The notes beneath the pieces were generated by a model that was not told the DNA's origin, did no database searches, and saw nothing but the letters and a program-made list of their open reading frames with translations. DNA of 64,000 nt from Gammaproteobacteria bacterium (GTDB lineage: Bacteria; Pseudomonadota; Gammaproteobacteria; Magnimaribacterales; D2472): positions 4,687-68,686 of the forward strand of contig CBFHIO010000001.1 in NCBI GenBank assembly GCA_965656035.1, written 5' to 3'. Positions 9,457 to 19,595 of the stretch are shown here, piece after piece. The position numbers and the translations under genes were made by a program. Position 1 is the stretch's first letter, and every line of letters begins with the position of its first letter.

Positions 9457-11328
9457 TTAAAAAACCAAATCATTTAAATTAACTTTTGCCGAGTCAAATA
9501 TATCTTTATTTATAACCGCAGAAATATTGTTTGCTGTCCTTTCCTCAGAAAAACTATTGTATTGCTCATAGAGTGAATCTATCGACTCGGATGAGGGTTT
9601 ATTTATGGCAACCAAATCAACAATATACACATCTCCAGATCTAGAATTAACAGTTACAGATTCGCCTGGAAGGGTTTTAAATATTTCCGATATAACTTCT
9701 TGAGGTAATAGTGATGAGTATCTTTTAACATCAACAAAGGATTCCTCAGATAAAAAGTCATATGCGGCAAAAAAAGACTGAAGCGTATTTTCTGTTTTAG
9801 CTTTATCAAGCTCAGAAACCAAAAGATTTCTTTTTTCAATAGCTTTGTTTTCTGCTAGTAATTTAGCAACTTCATCGGCAACTTCATCATAATCTTGAAG
9901 GAATGGTTCAGTGATAGATGATAGTGATAAAACTATTATTGTATCGTCGGTGTTTATAGCAAATGGGACTCCGATCTGAGCATCAGGAGAAAAGATGAAG
10001 TCTTTAACTCTAGCGTCATCAATTTCAAAATTAAAATTATTTAATTGCATCCCTGTGATTTCTTTTACATCTTTAGAAACAGATTCGCCGATATATTCTA
10101 TGGATTCATTTGAGAATATCATTTCATCAATTGAGTCGAAGTCATCATTCATCAGTGCCATAGATTCTGAATTAATTAATTCCCTTATAATGGTTTCTTT
10201 CATTTCTTCTAAGGTCATAACTTCTGCTTGGTTATACTCAGTCATTTTTAAAATATGAAATGTTTCATCAAGCTCTATAATGTCACTTATTTCATTGACA
10301 TTCATGTTTTCTAAGGCAATACCAAACTCTACAGGAAAAATATCAGCGTCAAAATACTCTAAATCGCCACCAACGTCTTTTGATACAACATCATCACTAT
10401 ACTTCATGACCGTATCTTCGAAAATTGCGCCTTTTTTTAATTCATCCTCAACCAAAGAAATTTGTTGAAAAGCTTCTTCGCTAGAGTCATAATTTTCCTT
10501 TTCTATCATCACATGAGAAAAACGAATTTCCATTCTCTCATTAGATTTAGATAAATAATCCTGATAGGCATTCTCAACATACCCCTCTGGAATATTCACT
10601 GCATCAGCATAATCTTTTGATGTTAATACTATGTATTTAAATGCTCTTTCCTCGTCCGAATAAAATAAGATTTGATTATTATCATAATACTCTCTTATTT
10701 CTTCTTTAGAATTCGTAATTTGGTTTTTTAAGGCTGCTGAATCCAATTTAATAAAATTAATATCAACTGATTGTTCAAGAATTTCTGCGAGCTCCTTCAC
10801 CTCGGTATCAGTTACAAAATTTGAGGAAGCAATAGAAATTCTATACAGCTCTGAAGCCATAAAATTTGTCATCATATCTAGGTACGAATCTTTAGTGTAT
10901 CCACTAGCGTTAACTTGAGCTTGGTAAACATTTTCATCAAATTTTCCATCTAACTGAAATGCTGGGTTTCTGATAATAGATTTTTTTGCCTGCTTGACAG
11001 TATCTTTATTGATAAAGCCAAGTGACCTTGCTTCTGATAACAAAACTTTTTGTGTTATTAGTTCTTGCTTTACAGCTTCAAGCTGAATTGATTCATCAAG
11101 TTCATTGAAATCAAAATCATCGCCATAAATATTTTTAAATTTTTGAGCAGCTATATTTGATGCCGCCTGCATATCAGCCTCAGTGATATTTTCACCGTTT
11201 ATATTTCCAAAAGTAGGTTGAAATGTTGAGCCAAGCGAAGATGTTCCTAAAAAAACAAAAGGTAATGCACATGCAGCAATTACAATAAACAGTCTTGGTC
11301 CAGTTAAAAAATTTCTTAGTGATTCCAT
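9457..11328 (-). CDS. ppiD: Periplasmic chaperone / peptidyl-prolyl isomerase PpiD
   Basis: An N-terminal TM anchor (RLFIVIAACALPFVFLG) is followed by a long SurA-like/parvulin region. The gene follows hupB, as in other gammaproteobacteria. I place the start at MESLRN (11328). The track start at 11367 would run through the hupB terminator. Confidence 0.85.
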   Translation of the reverse strand: MESLRNFLTGPRLFIVIAACALPFVFLGTSSLGSTFQPTFGNINGENITEADMQAASNIAAQKFKNIYGDDFDFNELDESIQLEAVKQELITQKVLLSEARSLGFINKDTVKQAKKSIIRNPAFQLDGKFDENVYQAQVNASGYTKDSYLDMMTNFMASELYRISIASSNFVTDTEVKELAEILEQSVDINFIKLDSAALKNQITNSKEEIREYYDNNQILFYSDEERAFKYIVLTSKDYADAVNIPEGYVENAYQDYLSKSNERMEIRFSHVMIEKENYDSSEEAFQQISLVEDELKKGAIFEDTVMKYSDDVVSKDVGGDLEYFDADIFPVEFGIALENMNVNEISDIIELDETFHILKMTEYNQAEVMTLEEMKETIIRELINSESMALMNDDFDSIDEMIFSNESIEYIGESVSKDVKEITGMQLNNFNFEIDDARVKDFIFSPDAQIGVPFAINTDDTIIVLSLSSITEPFLQDYDEVADEVAKLLAENKAIEKRNLLVSELDKAKTENTLQSFFAAYDFLSEESFVDVKRYSSLLPQEVISEIFKTLPGESVTVNSRSGDVYIVDLVAINKPSSESIDSLYEQYNSFSEERTANNISAVINKDIFDSAKVNLNDLVF

Positions 11329-11343
11329 AGTGCTGATATTATA

Positions 11344-11372
11344 AATAAAAAAAGGGTGCAGAAGCACCCTTT
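11344..11372 (-). terminator. Rho-independent terminator after hupB
   Basis: On the minus strand, GGGTGC-TTCT-GCACCC is followed by TTTTTTTATTTAT. This is the first clear intrinsic terminator downstream of the tRNA-His/tig/clpPX/lon/hupB string. Confidence 0.8.
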
Positions 11373-11389
11373 TCTAAAAGTTAATAAAA

Positions 11390-11668
11390 TTAACCGTTTT
11401 TAACTTTATCTTTTAGGCCTTTACCAGCTTTAAAACCCGGAACTTTAGAAGCAGCAATATGCATTGATGCGCCAGTCTGAGGGTTTCTACCCTCTCTAGC
11501 AGCTCTGTGCCTTACTGAAAATGTTCCAAAACCCACTAAAGATACAGTATCACCTTTACCTAATGCATCACCAATACCCCCAAGAACTGCATCAACAGCT
11601 CTTCCAGCTGAAGCTTTAGAAATATCAGCGTCACTTGCAACAGCATCAATCAAATCAGATTTATTCAT
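11390..11668 (-). CDS. hupB: Nucleoid protein HU beta
   Basis: 92 aa: [11 protein letters not shown]...[21 protein letters not shown]. Confidence 0.93.
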   Translation of the reverse strand: MNKSDLIDAVASDADISKASAGRAVDAVLGGIGDALGKGDTVSLVGFGTFSVRHRAAREGRNPQTGASMHIAASKVPGFKAGKGLKDKVKNG

Positions 11669-11756
11669 ATTAAATACTCCTCTATGTAAATTTATTTATA
11701 TAAATACATACCTATGAAAAGCTTTTTATAGATAAAAGTCAAGCAAATAAAGGGTT

Positions 11757-14165
11757 TTAATGCGGTAGCTTATCTTCAGATTTTGTTCTCTTTGCCTTTT
11801 GAGTTTTAGGTTTAGCTGATGCTGATGATCTATTGATAGGGATTGGCTCCTTAACTAAGGCATGAGAAATAACTTCGTCGATCCACTCAACTGGAATTAT
11901 ATTAAGTGAGTTTAGAATTTGTTTTGGTATCTCTTGAAGATCTGCTTCATTATCTTTTGGAATAATGACATTTTTAATGCCGCCGCGTTTGGCTGCTAAT
12001 AATTTTTCTTTTAAGCCACCAATTTTTAAAATTTGGCCTCTTAAGGTTATTTCACCAGTCATTGCTGTATCCGATCTGACAGGTATTCCTGTAAAAATTG
12101 ATATCAAAGAAATTGCCATTGCACCACCAGCACTTGGACCATCTTTTGGTGTAGCACCCTCTGGAACATGAATATGAACATCATATTTTTCATAAAAATT
12201 AGGTTTTATACCCAATGAATCAGCCCTCGATCTCACAACTGTAAGCGCAGCCTGAATTGACTCCTGCATTACATCGCCCAAAGAGCCTGTTTTTATAATT
12301 CTACCCTTGCCATCAATATGAGAGGCCTCAATTGTAAGCAGCTCGCCTCCAACCTCTGTCCATGCAAGACCAGTAACCTGACCGACTGCATTATCCTTTT
12401 CTGCTATTCCATACTTAAACTTTTTAATTCCTGAAAACTTTTCAAGATTCTTATTGGTTATCGATGTAGGTTTTTCAATATTTTTTTTAGATAATAAGCG
12501 TTCTTTAACAACTTTTCTTAAAATTCTAGCTATCTGTCTTTCAAGGCCTCTTACTCCAGCTTCTCTTGTGTAGTATCTGATCAAGGATAATATGACCTCC
12601 TTGTTTAAATTAATTTCTGTATCTTTAAGACCATTTCTTTCCATCTGCTTGGGTAAAAGATATTTTGAGGCGATGTTAATTTTTTCATCCTCAATGTACC
12701 CAGGAATTCGAATAATTTCCATCCTGTCCAACAATGGAGTTGGAATGTTTAAACTGTTTGCAGTACACACAAACATGACTTCTGATAGGTCATAATCTAC
12801 TTCAAGATAATGATCGCTGAAAGTATTATTTTGCTCAGGGTCTAAAACCTCTAAAAGTGCCGAAGCAGGATCGCCTCTGTGATCCATACCAATTTTGTCA
12901 ATTTCATCCAGTAAGAACAAAGGATTTTTTACTCCTACCTTTGATAATTTTTGAATGATTTTTCCAGGCATTGAGCCTATGTAAGTTCTTCTATGCCCTC
13001 TTATTTCAGATTCGTCTCTAACTCCACCAAGAGACATTCTTACAAATTTTCTGTTAGTTGCTCTAGCTATTGATTCGCCAAGTGAAGTTTTACCAACACC
13101 AGGAGGTCCAACAAGGCATAAGACAGGCGCTTTCATTGATTTAACTCTTTTTTGTACAGCAAGATATTCAATAATTCTCTCTTTTACTTCTTCGAGTCCA
13201 TAATGATCTTCTTCAAGTATGTCTAAAGAAGCTTGAATATCAGTTTTTACTTTTGATTTTTTTCTCCATGGAACCTCTACCAAGCAATCTAAATAAGATC
13301 TTACAACCGAAGCTTCAGCAGATGATGGTGACATATGTTTAAATTTAGCTAATTCACTTTTAGCTTTCTTTAATGCATCCTTAGGCATTCCAACCGTATT
13401 TATTTTTTCTTCAAGTGCGTCAAGCTCATCGCCTTCTTCACCAATTTCTCCAAGTTCTTTTTGAGCGGCTTTAATTTGTTCATTCAAATAGTATTCTCTC
13501 TGAGATTTTTCCATTTGTTTTTTTACACGTTCTCTTATTTTTTTTTCGACATCAACTACGTCTAGCTGAGATTCAATGAACATCAAAACTTTTTCAGATC
13601 GTTCTTTTAGATCAGCAATACCTAAGATTTCTTGCTTTTTTGAAGTTTCTATTGGCAAATGGCCGGTAATTGTATCTATTAATTTGGAAAGATCATCTAA
13701 AGAGTCAACAGTAGATACAATTTCAGGGGGAATCCTTTTAGTTATACCAATATAGTCTTCGAATTTAGCTTTAATAAACCTAACTAGATTAGATGCATCT
13801 GCCTCTTTTAGTGGAACGTCCTCTATAGAAGTTACTCTAGCTAAATCATAACCCTTTTTTTCAACCAGCTTTTCAATAGTACATCTTTTATGACCTTCAA
13901 CAAGAACTTTCATAGTCCCATCTGGTAGCTTTATTAGTTGTAGCAAATTACTGATAGATGCACTTTTGTACACGTCCTTGTATTCAGGATTATCAATTGC
14001 AGGATCAGTTTGACAAACTAAAACAAGCTTTTTATTAGACGACATTGCTACATTTAATGCCTCTATTGACTTTGGTCTTCCCACAAACAAGGTTGTAACA
14101 ATCCCAGGAAAGACAACCACATCTCTTAAAGGGATAACAGGCAGATCAGATTTTATTTCACTCAT
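11757..14165 (-). CDS. lon: ATP-dependent Lon protease
   Basis: 802 aa with the Walker A motif GPPGVGKTS and the protease-domain motif PKDGPSAGGAM. Confidence 0.97.
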   Translation of the reverse strand: MSEIKSDLPVIPLRDVVVFPGIVTTLFVGRPKSIEALNVAMSSNKKLVLVCQTDPAIDNPEYKDVYKSASISNLLQLIKLPDGTMKVLVEGHKRCTIEKLVEKKGYDLARVTSIEDVPLKEADASNLVRFIKAKFEDYIGITKRIPPEIVSTVDSLDDLSKLIDTITGHLPIETSKKQEILGIADLKERSEKVLMFIESQLDVVDVEKKIRERVKKQMEKSQREYYLNEQIKAAQKELGEIGEEGDELDALEEKINTVGMPKDALKKAKSELAKFKHMSPSSAEASVVRSYLDCLVEVPWRKKSKVKTDIQASLDILEEDHYGLEEVKERIIEYLAVQKRVKSMKAPVLCLVGPPGVGKTSLGESIARATNRKFVRMSLGGVRDESEIRGHRRTYIGSMPGKIIQKLSKVGVKNPLFLLDEIDKIGMDHRGDPASALLEVLDPEQNNTFSDHYLEVDYDLSEVMFVCTANSLNIPTPLLDRMEIIRIPGYIEDEKINIASKYLLPKQMERNGLKDTEINLNKEVILSLIRYYTREAGVRGLERQIARILRKVVKERLLSKKNIEKPTSITNKNLEKFSGIKKFKYGIAEKDNAVGQVTGLAWTEVGGELLTIEASHIDGKGRIIKTGSLGDVMQESIQAALTVVRSRADSLGIKPNFYEKYDVHIHVPEGATPKDGPSAGGAMAISLISIFTGIPVRSDTAMTGEITLRGQILKIGGLKEKLLAAKRGGIKNVIIPKDNEADLQEIPKQILNSLNIIPVEWIDEVISHALVKEPIPINRSSASAKPKTQKAKRTKSEDKLPH

Positions 14166-14195
14166 ATACCCAATATAAGGATAGATAAGAAAATA

Positions 14196-15449
14196 TCAAT
14201 TAGCAGATGATTTTTTTGAAGGTGTTTTTAAAAGTTTAATTGGTTCTGTTTTTGAAATAACAGTGTTCTCATCAATAATAACTTTTTCTAAATCTTCATT
14301 AGGAAGCTCAAACATGGTTTCCATAAGAATATCTTCCATGATTGATCTTAGCCCTCTAGCACCAGTTTTTCTTTTAATTGCTTGTTTAGCAATTTCCAAT
14401 AGAGCTTCATCTCTAAATGTTAGTTCAACATTATCAATTTCAAATAGATGCTTGTACTGATTAACTAGCGCGTTTTTTGGTTCTTTTAAAATTCTTATAA
14501 GAGCACTTTCATCTAGCTCATGCAAATTTGATATTACAGGCAACCTACCAACAAATTCAGGTATAAGTCCGTATTTAACTAAATCTTCAGGTTCCAAATT
14601 ATCAATACCAGATGAAATTGATTTTACATTTGAAGGTGTATTTACTTCAGCCCCAAAACCAATTCCAATATTGCTTGTTCTTTGATCGATTACTTTATCT
14701 AAACCTGAGAATGCACCGCCACATATAAATAGTATATTTGAAGTATCTATCTGTATAAACTCTTGTTGGGGATGCTTTCTTCCACCCTGGGGAGGAATTG
14801 ATGCTACCGTACCTTCAATTAATTTTAATAGAGCCTGTTGAACGCCTTCACCAGATACATCTCTAGTAATAGAAGGATTATCAGACTTTCTTGCAATCTT
14901 ATCTATTTCATCAATGTACACTATACCCAGTTCTGCCCTTTCTGGATCATAGTCTGACTTTTGTAAAAGTTTTTGAATGATGTTTTCAACATCCTCACCC
15001 ACATAACCAGCCTCAGTTAAAGTTGTAGCGTCAGCAATTGCAAAAGGAACGTTTATAATTTTTGCTAAAGTTTGTGCTAAAAGTGTCTTACCGCTACCGG
15101 TTGGCCCAAGAAGCAGGACGTTGCTCTTTTGTAATTCAACAGAATCTTTAATATTATTTTTCTTTAATCTCTTGTAATGATTATAGACAGCCACCGAAAG
15201 AACTTTTTTAGCTTTTTCTTGGCCTATTACATACTCATCGAGTTTTTTGAAAATTTCAAGTGGTGATGGCAACTCTTCAAGTGAAGTTTCTTCTTCACTT
15301 TTTATTTCCTCTTCTATAATGTCATTACATAAGTCGACACATTCATTACAAATATATACGCTAGGACCGGCTATAAGTTTTTTGACATCGTCCTGAGTCT
15401 TTCCACAAAACGAACAGTTTAATTTATCTGACGATGTCTTACTTGCCAT
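14196..15449 (-). CDS. clpX: ClpX ATPase/unfoldase
   Basis: 417 aa with the zinc-binding motif CSFCGK...CNEC and the Walker A motif GPTGSGKT. Confidence 0.97.
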   Translation of the reverse strand: MASKTSSDKLNCSFCGKTQDDVKKLIAGPSVYICNECVDLCNDIIEEEIKSEEETSLEELPSPLEIFKKLDEYVIGQEKAKKVLSVAVYNHYKRLKKNNIKDSVELQKSNVLLLGPTGSGKTLLAQTLAKIINVPFAIADATTLTEAGYVGEDVENIIQKLLQKSDYDPERAELGIVYIDEIDKIARKSDNPSITRDVSGEGVQQALLKLIEGTVASIPPQGGRKHPQQEFIQIDTSNILFICGGAFSGLDKVIDQRTSNIGIGFGAEVNTPSNVKSISSGIDNLEPEDLVKYGLIPEFVGRLPVISNLHELDESALIRILKEPKNALVNQYKHLFEIDNVELTFRDEALLEIAKQAIKRKTGARGLRSIMEDILMETMFELPNEDLEKVIIDENTVISKTEPIKLLKTPSKKSSAN

Positions 15450-16059
15450 TATTTAAGTCTCTTTTATTTAAAATATCATCGACTAAACCATATTTAACAG
15501 CTGCAGCTGCATCTAAAAAATTATCTCTATCAGTATCTTTTTCAATTTTTTTAATTGACTGCCCGGTATGTTTAGCAAGAATATGATTAACTACTGTTTT
15601 CATATGTAGTATTTCTTTCGCATGAATTTCAAAATCAGATGCTTGGCCTTGAAACCCACCTAGTGGCTGATGAATCATGATTCTTGAATTTGGCAAAGCA
15701 TATCTTTTTCCTTTATCTCCTCCAGCAAGAAGTATGGCACCCATGCTGGCAGCTTGACCAATGCATAAAGTTGAAATAGAAGGTGCTATAAATTGCATAG
15801 TGTCATATATTGCCAAGCCTGAAGAGATACTTCCTCCAGGTGAATTAATATAAATTGAGATATCTTTCTCTGGGTTTTCAGATTCTAAAAATAATAATTG
15901 GGCTACTACTAAATTAGACATATAGTCATCAACAGGACCTGATAAAAAAATAACACGTTCTTTTAAAAGTCTGGAATATATATCAAATGATCTTTCACCT
16001 CGAGGCGTTTGCTCGATTACCATTGGTATTAACGCTGATTCTATTTCATTCATATACAT
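15439..16059 (-). CDS. clpP: ClpP protease subunit
   Basis: 206 aa with the catalytic-triad contexts GQAASMGA and MIHQPLGG. Its start abuts the tig stop with no spacer. Confidence 0.97.
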   Translation of the reverse strand: MYMNEIESALIPMVIEQTPRGERSFDIYSRLLKERVIFLSGPVDDYMSNLVVAQLLFLESENPEKDISIYINSPGGSISSGLAIYDTMQFIAPSISTLCIGQAASMGAILLAGGDKGKRYALPNSRIMIHQPLGGFQGQASDFEIHAKEILHMKTVVNHILAKHTGQSIKKIEKDTDRDNFLDAAAAVKYGLVDDILNKRDLNNGK

Positions 16060-17355
16060 CTATTTGTTTGCAAGTTCTGAAAATTCTATCACCTTATCCT
16101 TTGATTTAAGTGCTTTTTCTAAATTTTCAATCAATTGTTGCTCTAATGCAATCATTCTAAATTGTTCTAACTGCTGAGGTTGTCCTTTAATCCATTGCTT
16201 AAACTGCTCAGGGTCTTTATATTTTTGCGATTCTTTATCAATAAAAGTATCGAGCATCACTGAGTCTGCAGTTAATTCAAAATGATTTACAAGTTCAGCA
16301 AAAAGTAAATCCAGTTTTACTCGTTTTTCTGCATTGTCCATAAATGTATCAATTGGAAATAAGTCATCGCCTGCGCTATCTTCCATTTGCCCGATTCTCA
16401 TTAATGCATCTTTCCTCATTAACTCTGCCTGCTCTTTAACTGTTACATTTGGCACCTTAAAGGAGTTTGTTTTTAGAAGCGTTTCGTAAATTGACTCTTT
16501 TGTTAAGTCTTTTTCTTGAACTTCAACTTCTTTCTCCATTCTTCTTGAAATTTCTTCTCTAAAGGAGTTTTCATCTTTCACATCCATTTCTAGTTTTTCA
16601 AAAAGATCTTTATCAATCTTTGCGTGTTGCAATTCTTGTATTTTCTTTAATGTGATTTTAAATTCTGCATCAACACCGGCTAAGTCTTTTTTAAAGTAAT
16701 CATCAGGAAATTTTGCTTTGATGGTAAATTCAGACGGCTCCTTATCTAAAATAGCGTCTTCAAAGCCTGGGATCATAGAATTACTTCCGAGGACTAACTT
16801 AAAATCACTTGCTGAATTCCCCTCGAATTCTTCACCGTTAATACTTCCAACAAAGTCAAGGATAACCTGATCATCTTTTTTTGATTTTCTTGAAACATCT
16901 TTCCATTCACCGTATCTTTTTAAAATATCTGCAATGGCTAGATCGATATCACTATCAGTGATAGAAATTGATACTTTCTCATAACTCGCCCATCGACTTA
17001 ACTTTGGTTTAATTTCAGGAAAAACTTCAAAAGTTGCAGAGTATGTAATTGGTTTCTTTGGATCTTCGCTATCCAGGTTTACTGTTGGAGACGATGCTGG
17101 TCGGATTTTATTTTCAGCAAGAGCTTGAGGATAAGAGCTTTGAATTAAATCATTTACAACATCTGCGTGAACTGACTGACCATATCTTTGCTCAAGAACA
17201 TCATTAGGAACTTTTCCTTTTCTAAAACCATCGAGCTTAACTTTGGTTTTAATGTTGTTAATCTTTGTTTGGAATTTTAAGTTATAGTCTTCAACTGGTA
17301 TGGAAACTGTAAGCTTCCTCTCTAAGTCTTTTAATTTTTTTAGCTTGCTTGTCAT
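16060..17355 (-). CDS. tig: Trigger factor
   Basis: The true start is MTSKLKKLKDLERKL (ATG is the reverse complement of 17353-17355). The 33 N-terminal codons of the track ORF (MAGVAQLVRALD...) are a read-through translation of tRNA-His. Confidence 0.93.
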   Translation of the reverse strand: MTSKLKKLKDLERKLTVSIPVEDYNLKFQTKINNIKTKVKLDGFRKGKVPNDVLEQRYGQSVHADVVNDLIQSSYPQALAENKIRPASSPTVNLDSEDPKKPITYSATFEVFPEIKPKLSRWASYEKVSISITDSDIDLAIADILKRYGEWKDVSRKSKKDDQVILDFVGSINGEEFEGNSASDFKLVLGSNSMIPGFEDAILDKEPSEFTIKAKFPDDYFKKDLAGVDAEFKITLKKIQELQHAKIDKDLFEKLEMDVKDENSFREEISRRMEKEVEVQEKDLTKESIYETLLKTNSFKVPNVTVKEQAELMRKDALMRIGQMEDSAGDDLFPIDTFMDNAEKRVKLDLLFAELVNHFELTADSVMLDTFIDKESQKYKDPEQFKQWIKGQPQQLEQFRMIALEQQLIENLEKALKSKDKVIEFSELANK

Positions 17356-17374
17356 ACTTTTTTGTCCAATTAAT

Positions 17375-17452
17375 TGGGGCGAGCGATGGGGTTCGAACCC
17401 ACGGCCTCCGGAGCCACAATCCAGCGCTCTAACCAACTGAGCTACGCCCGCC
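17375..17452 (-). tRNA. tRNA-His (anticodon GTG) with an encoded G-1 and CCA
   Basis: Hand-folded cloverleaf. G(-1) is followed by the acceptor GCGGGCG, which pairs with CGCTCGC. The anticodon arm is CTGGA/TTGTGGC/TCCGG. The T arm is GTGGG/TTCGAAC/CCCAT. The discriminator is C and CCA is encoded. Confidence 0.9.
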
Positions 17453-17464
17453 ACGAAACGAGCT

Positions 17465-17492
17465 ATTATAGATTAAAAAATAGAGTTATTAA
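17465..17492 (-). promoter_or_regulatory. Candidate promoter of tRNA-His (and tig-clpPX-lon)
   Basis: On the minus strand: TTAATA (17492-17487), a 16-nt spacer, then TATAAT (17470-17465). The -10 lies 12 nt upstream of the tRNA G-1. Confidence 0.45.
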
Positions 17493-17556
17493 TTTTTTTA
17501 TTATCTTAATTAAAAGATATACAATTATTTTATCATTTGTTTCGGGGAGATAATTA

Positions 17557-18957
17557 ATGAGCAATTTTTTAAATGATACAAATAAATATGTTCACAAAGC
17601 TCTTAAGTTTTCTGAGATATCAGAAGATTTATCAAACAAAATTATTATTTGTAATTCAACATATACTGTAAGGTTTGGGGTTAGGCTGAGAGGAAAAATA
17701 TATACCTTTGAAGGTTGGCGCTCAGTTCATTCTGAACATATGGAACCAACAAAAGGTGGTATAAGGTTTGATATGCATACTAATTCTGACGAAGTAGAAG
17801 CGCTAGCAGCATTAATGTCATATAAATGTGCAATCATTAATGTACCTTTTGGAGGTTCAAAAGGCGGCCTAAAAATTAATCCAGCAGATTGGGAAATAGC
17901 AGAGCTTGAAAAAATTACCAGAAGATTTGCACAAGAACTGATAAAAAGAGACTTAATTAGTCCGTCAATGAATGTTCCTGCTCCAGATATAGGATCTTCT
18001 TCAAGAGAGATGGCATGGATTGCTGATGAGTATAGAAAAATTCATCCAAGCGATATAAATGGTGCTGCATGTGTGACTGGAAAACCAGCAAATAAAAATG
18101 GTCTTCCTGGAAGAGAGGAAGCTACTGGAAGAGGTGTGCAATTTATAGTCAGAGAATTTTTTAGAAATTCAGATCTTCTAAAAAAAGTAAAGCTTGATGA
18201 AAATCTTGCAACCAAGACGATGATAGTTCAGGGTATCGGAAACGTTGGTTATCACCTTTCAAAATTCCTAACTGAAGAAGATCAAGTCAAATTAATTGGT
18301 ATTTCAGAATACAACGGTGGAATATATAATCCAGAAGGAATAAATGTTGAGCATGCAAAAAAATATTTTAGACAACATAAATCCTTCAGCAATTATCCAA
18401 AAGCAACATTTATAAAAGACTCTTCTCTTTTACTAAAGAGAGGTTGCGATATCTTGATACCTGCAGCACGAGAGAATGTCATTACAGAAAAAAATGCAGA
18501 AGATATATCTGCAAAATTAATTGTTGAAGCAGCTAATGGGCCAGTAAGTTACAAAGCTAATCAGATTCTAAATAGAAAAAAAATATTTGTAATACCCGAT
18601 ATTCTTGCAAATGGTGGAGGTGTTGCCGTTAGTTATTTTGAATGGGTTAAAAATATAAGACATATTAGATTTGGTCGCCTTGAAAAAAGAAGAAATCAAT
18701 TCCAGCTTAACACTTTAATTTCAGCTATTGAACAAATGACAGGGAAATCTATGCCCTCTAAATATAAGGAAAACTTCTTAAAAGGTATAGAAGAAATTGA
18801 TCTTGTTAGATCTGGTTTAGATGATATGATGATTGACGGCTTTCAAGAAGTTAAAAAAGCCTATATTTCAAATAACAAAATTTCTGATTTTAGAACGGCA
18901 GCCTATCTGGTAGCGATTGAAAAAATAGCAATGGCCTATGACTCTATAGGTTTGTAG
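17557..18957 (+). CDS. Glu/Leu/Phe/Val-family amino-acid dehydrogenase (glutamate dehydrogenase-like)
   Basis: 466 aa with the catalytic-lysine motif PFGGSKGG and the Rossmann motif VQGIGNVG. The SD GGGGAGA lies at 17544-17550. Confidence 0.85.
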   Translation: MSNFLNDTNKYVHKALKFSEISEDLSNKIIICNSTYTVRFGVRLRGKIYTFEGWRSVHSEHMEPTKGGIRFDMHTNSDEVEALAALMSYKCAIINVPFGGSKGGLKINPADWEIAELEKITRRFAQELIKRDLISPSMNVPAPDIGSSSREMAWIADEYRKIHPSDINGAACVTGKPANKNGLPGREEATGRGVQFIVREFFRNSDLLKKVKLDENLATKTMIVQGIGNVGYHLSKFLTEEDQVKLIGISEYNGGIYNPEGINVEHAKKYFRQHKSFSNYPKATFIKDSSLLLKRGCDILIPAARENVITEKNAEDISAKLIVEAANGPVSYKANQILNRKKIFVIPDILANGGGVAVSYFEWVKNIRHIRFGRLEKRRNQFQLNTLISAIEQMTGKSMPSKYKENFLKGIEEIDLVRSGLDDMMIDGFQEVKKAYISNNKISDFRTAAYLVAIEKIAMAYDSIGL

Positions 18958-19594
18958 GAAATAATTTTACTGGATGGCCTGTCTCCCAAACTTCAGATGC
19001 AACCATTACACTTTTTAAAAGAGAGCTATCAAGAAAATTGTTTAACCATTTTTGAATTTTTGGAAATTCACTATTACTATCAAACCATGTCGGATCGGCA
19101 ATTCTAAATTGTCTAATAAAAGGCAATATGCATATATCAATTTTATTAATATGATCAGAATAAAACCATTTTTTGTTACTTATTTGGTTTTCAATACTCT
19201 TTAAAATTTGTTCACAAGACTCTCTGTGAGAAGTCTCATCTTTATCTGTATATCTTGAAGCATATTTATATCTATCTAAATGGAATTTAAACTTATCATC
19301 AAACAGTTTAATCGTATTAGCTGTATGCAATTCTTGTTCTACGTTTAGAGTTTCTTCAAAAATATTTTTTTTCTCCTCTATACACCAATTAACAATCTCT
19401 AAGCTTTCATCTATGACAGTACCGTTATCTAGAATAAGAACTGGAACTGTCCCCTTTGGAGAAACTTTTAGCATTGACGAGGGTTTGTTCTTTAGATTCA
19501 CCTCCCTCAGTTCAACAACTAATTTTGCTAAATGTAATGCCATTCTTGCTCTCATCGCATAAGGACATCTTTTAAATGAGTAAAGTATTGGCAT
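18944..19594 (-). CDS. Glutathione S-transferase family protein
   Basis: 216 aa with an N-terminal thioredoxin-like fold: ILYSFKRCPYAMRARMAL...KGTVPVL. Confidence 0.7.
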   Translation of the reverse strand: MPILYSFKRCPYAMRARMALHLAKLVVELREVNLKNKPSSMLKVSPKGTVPVLILDNGTVIDESLEIVNWCIEEKKNIFEETLNVEQELHTANTIKLFDDKFKFHLDRYKYASRYTDKDETSHRESCEQILKSIENQISNKKWFYSDHINKIDICILPFIRQFRIADPTWFDSNSEFPKIQKWLNNFLDSSLLKSVMVASEVWETGHPVKLFPTNL

Positions 19595-19595
19595 T

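Noticed and set aside
17356-17454. The track extends tig by 33 N-terminal codons (MAGVAQLVRALDCGSGGRGFEPHRSPQLIGQKS).
   Set aside because: This stretch is the in-frame translation of tRNA-His. AQLVRA..GFEP is the usual signature of reading through a tRNA. The real start is MTSKLKKL at 17355.
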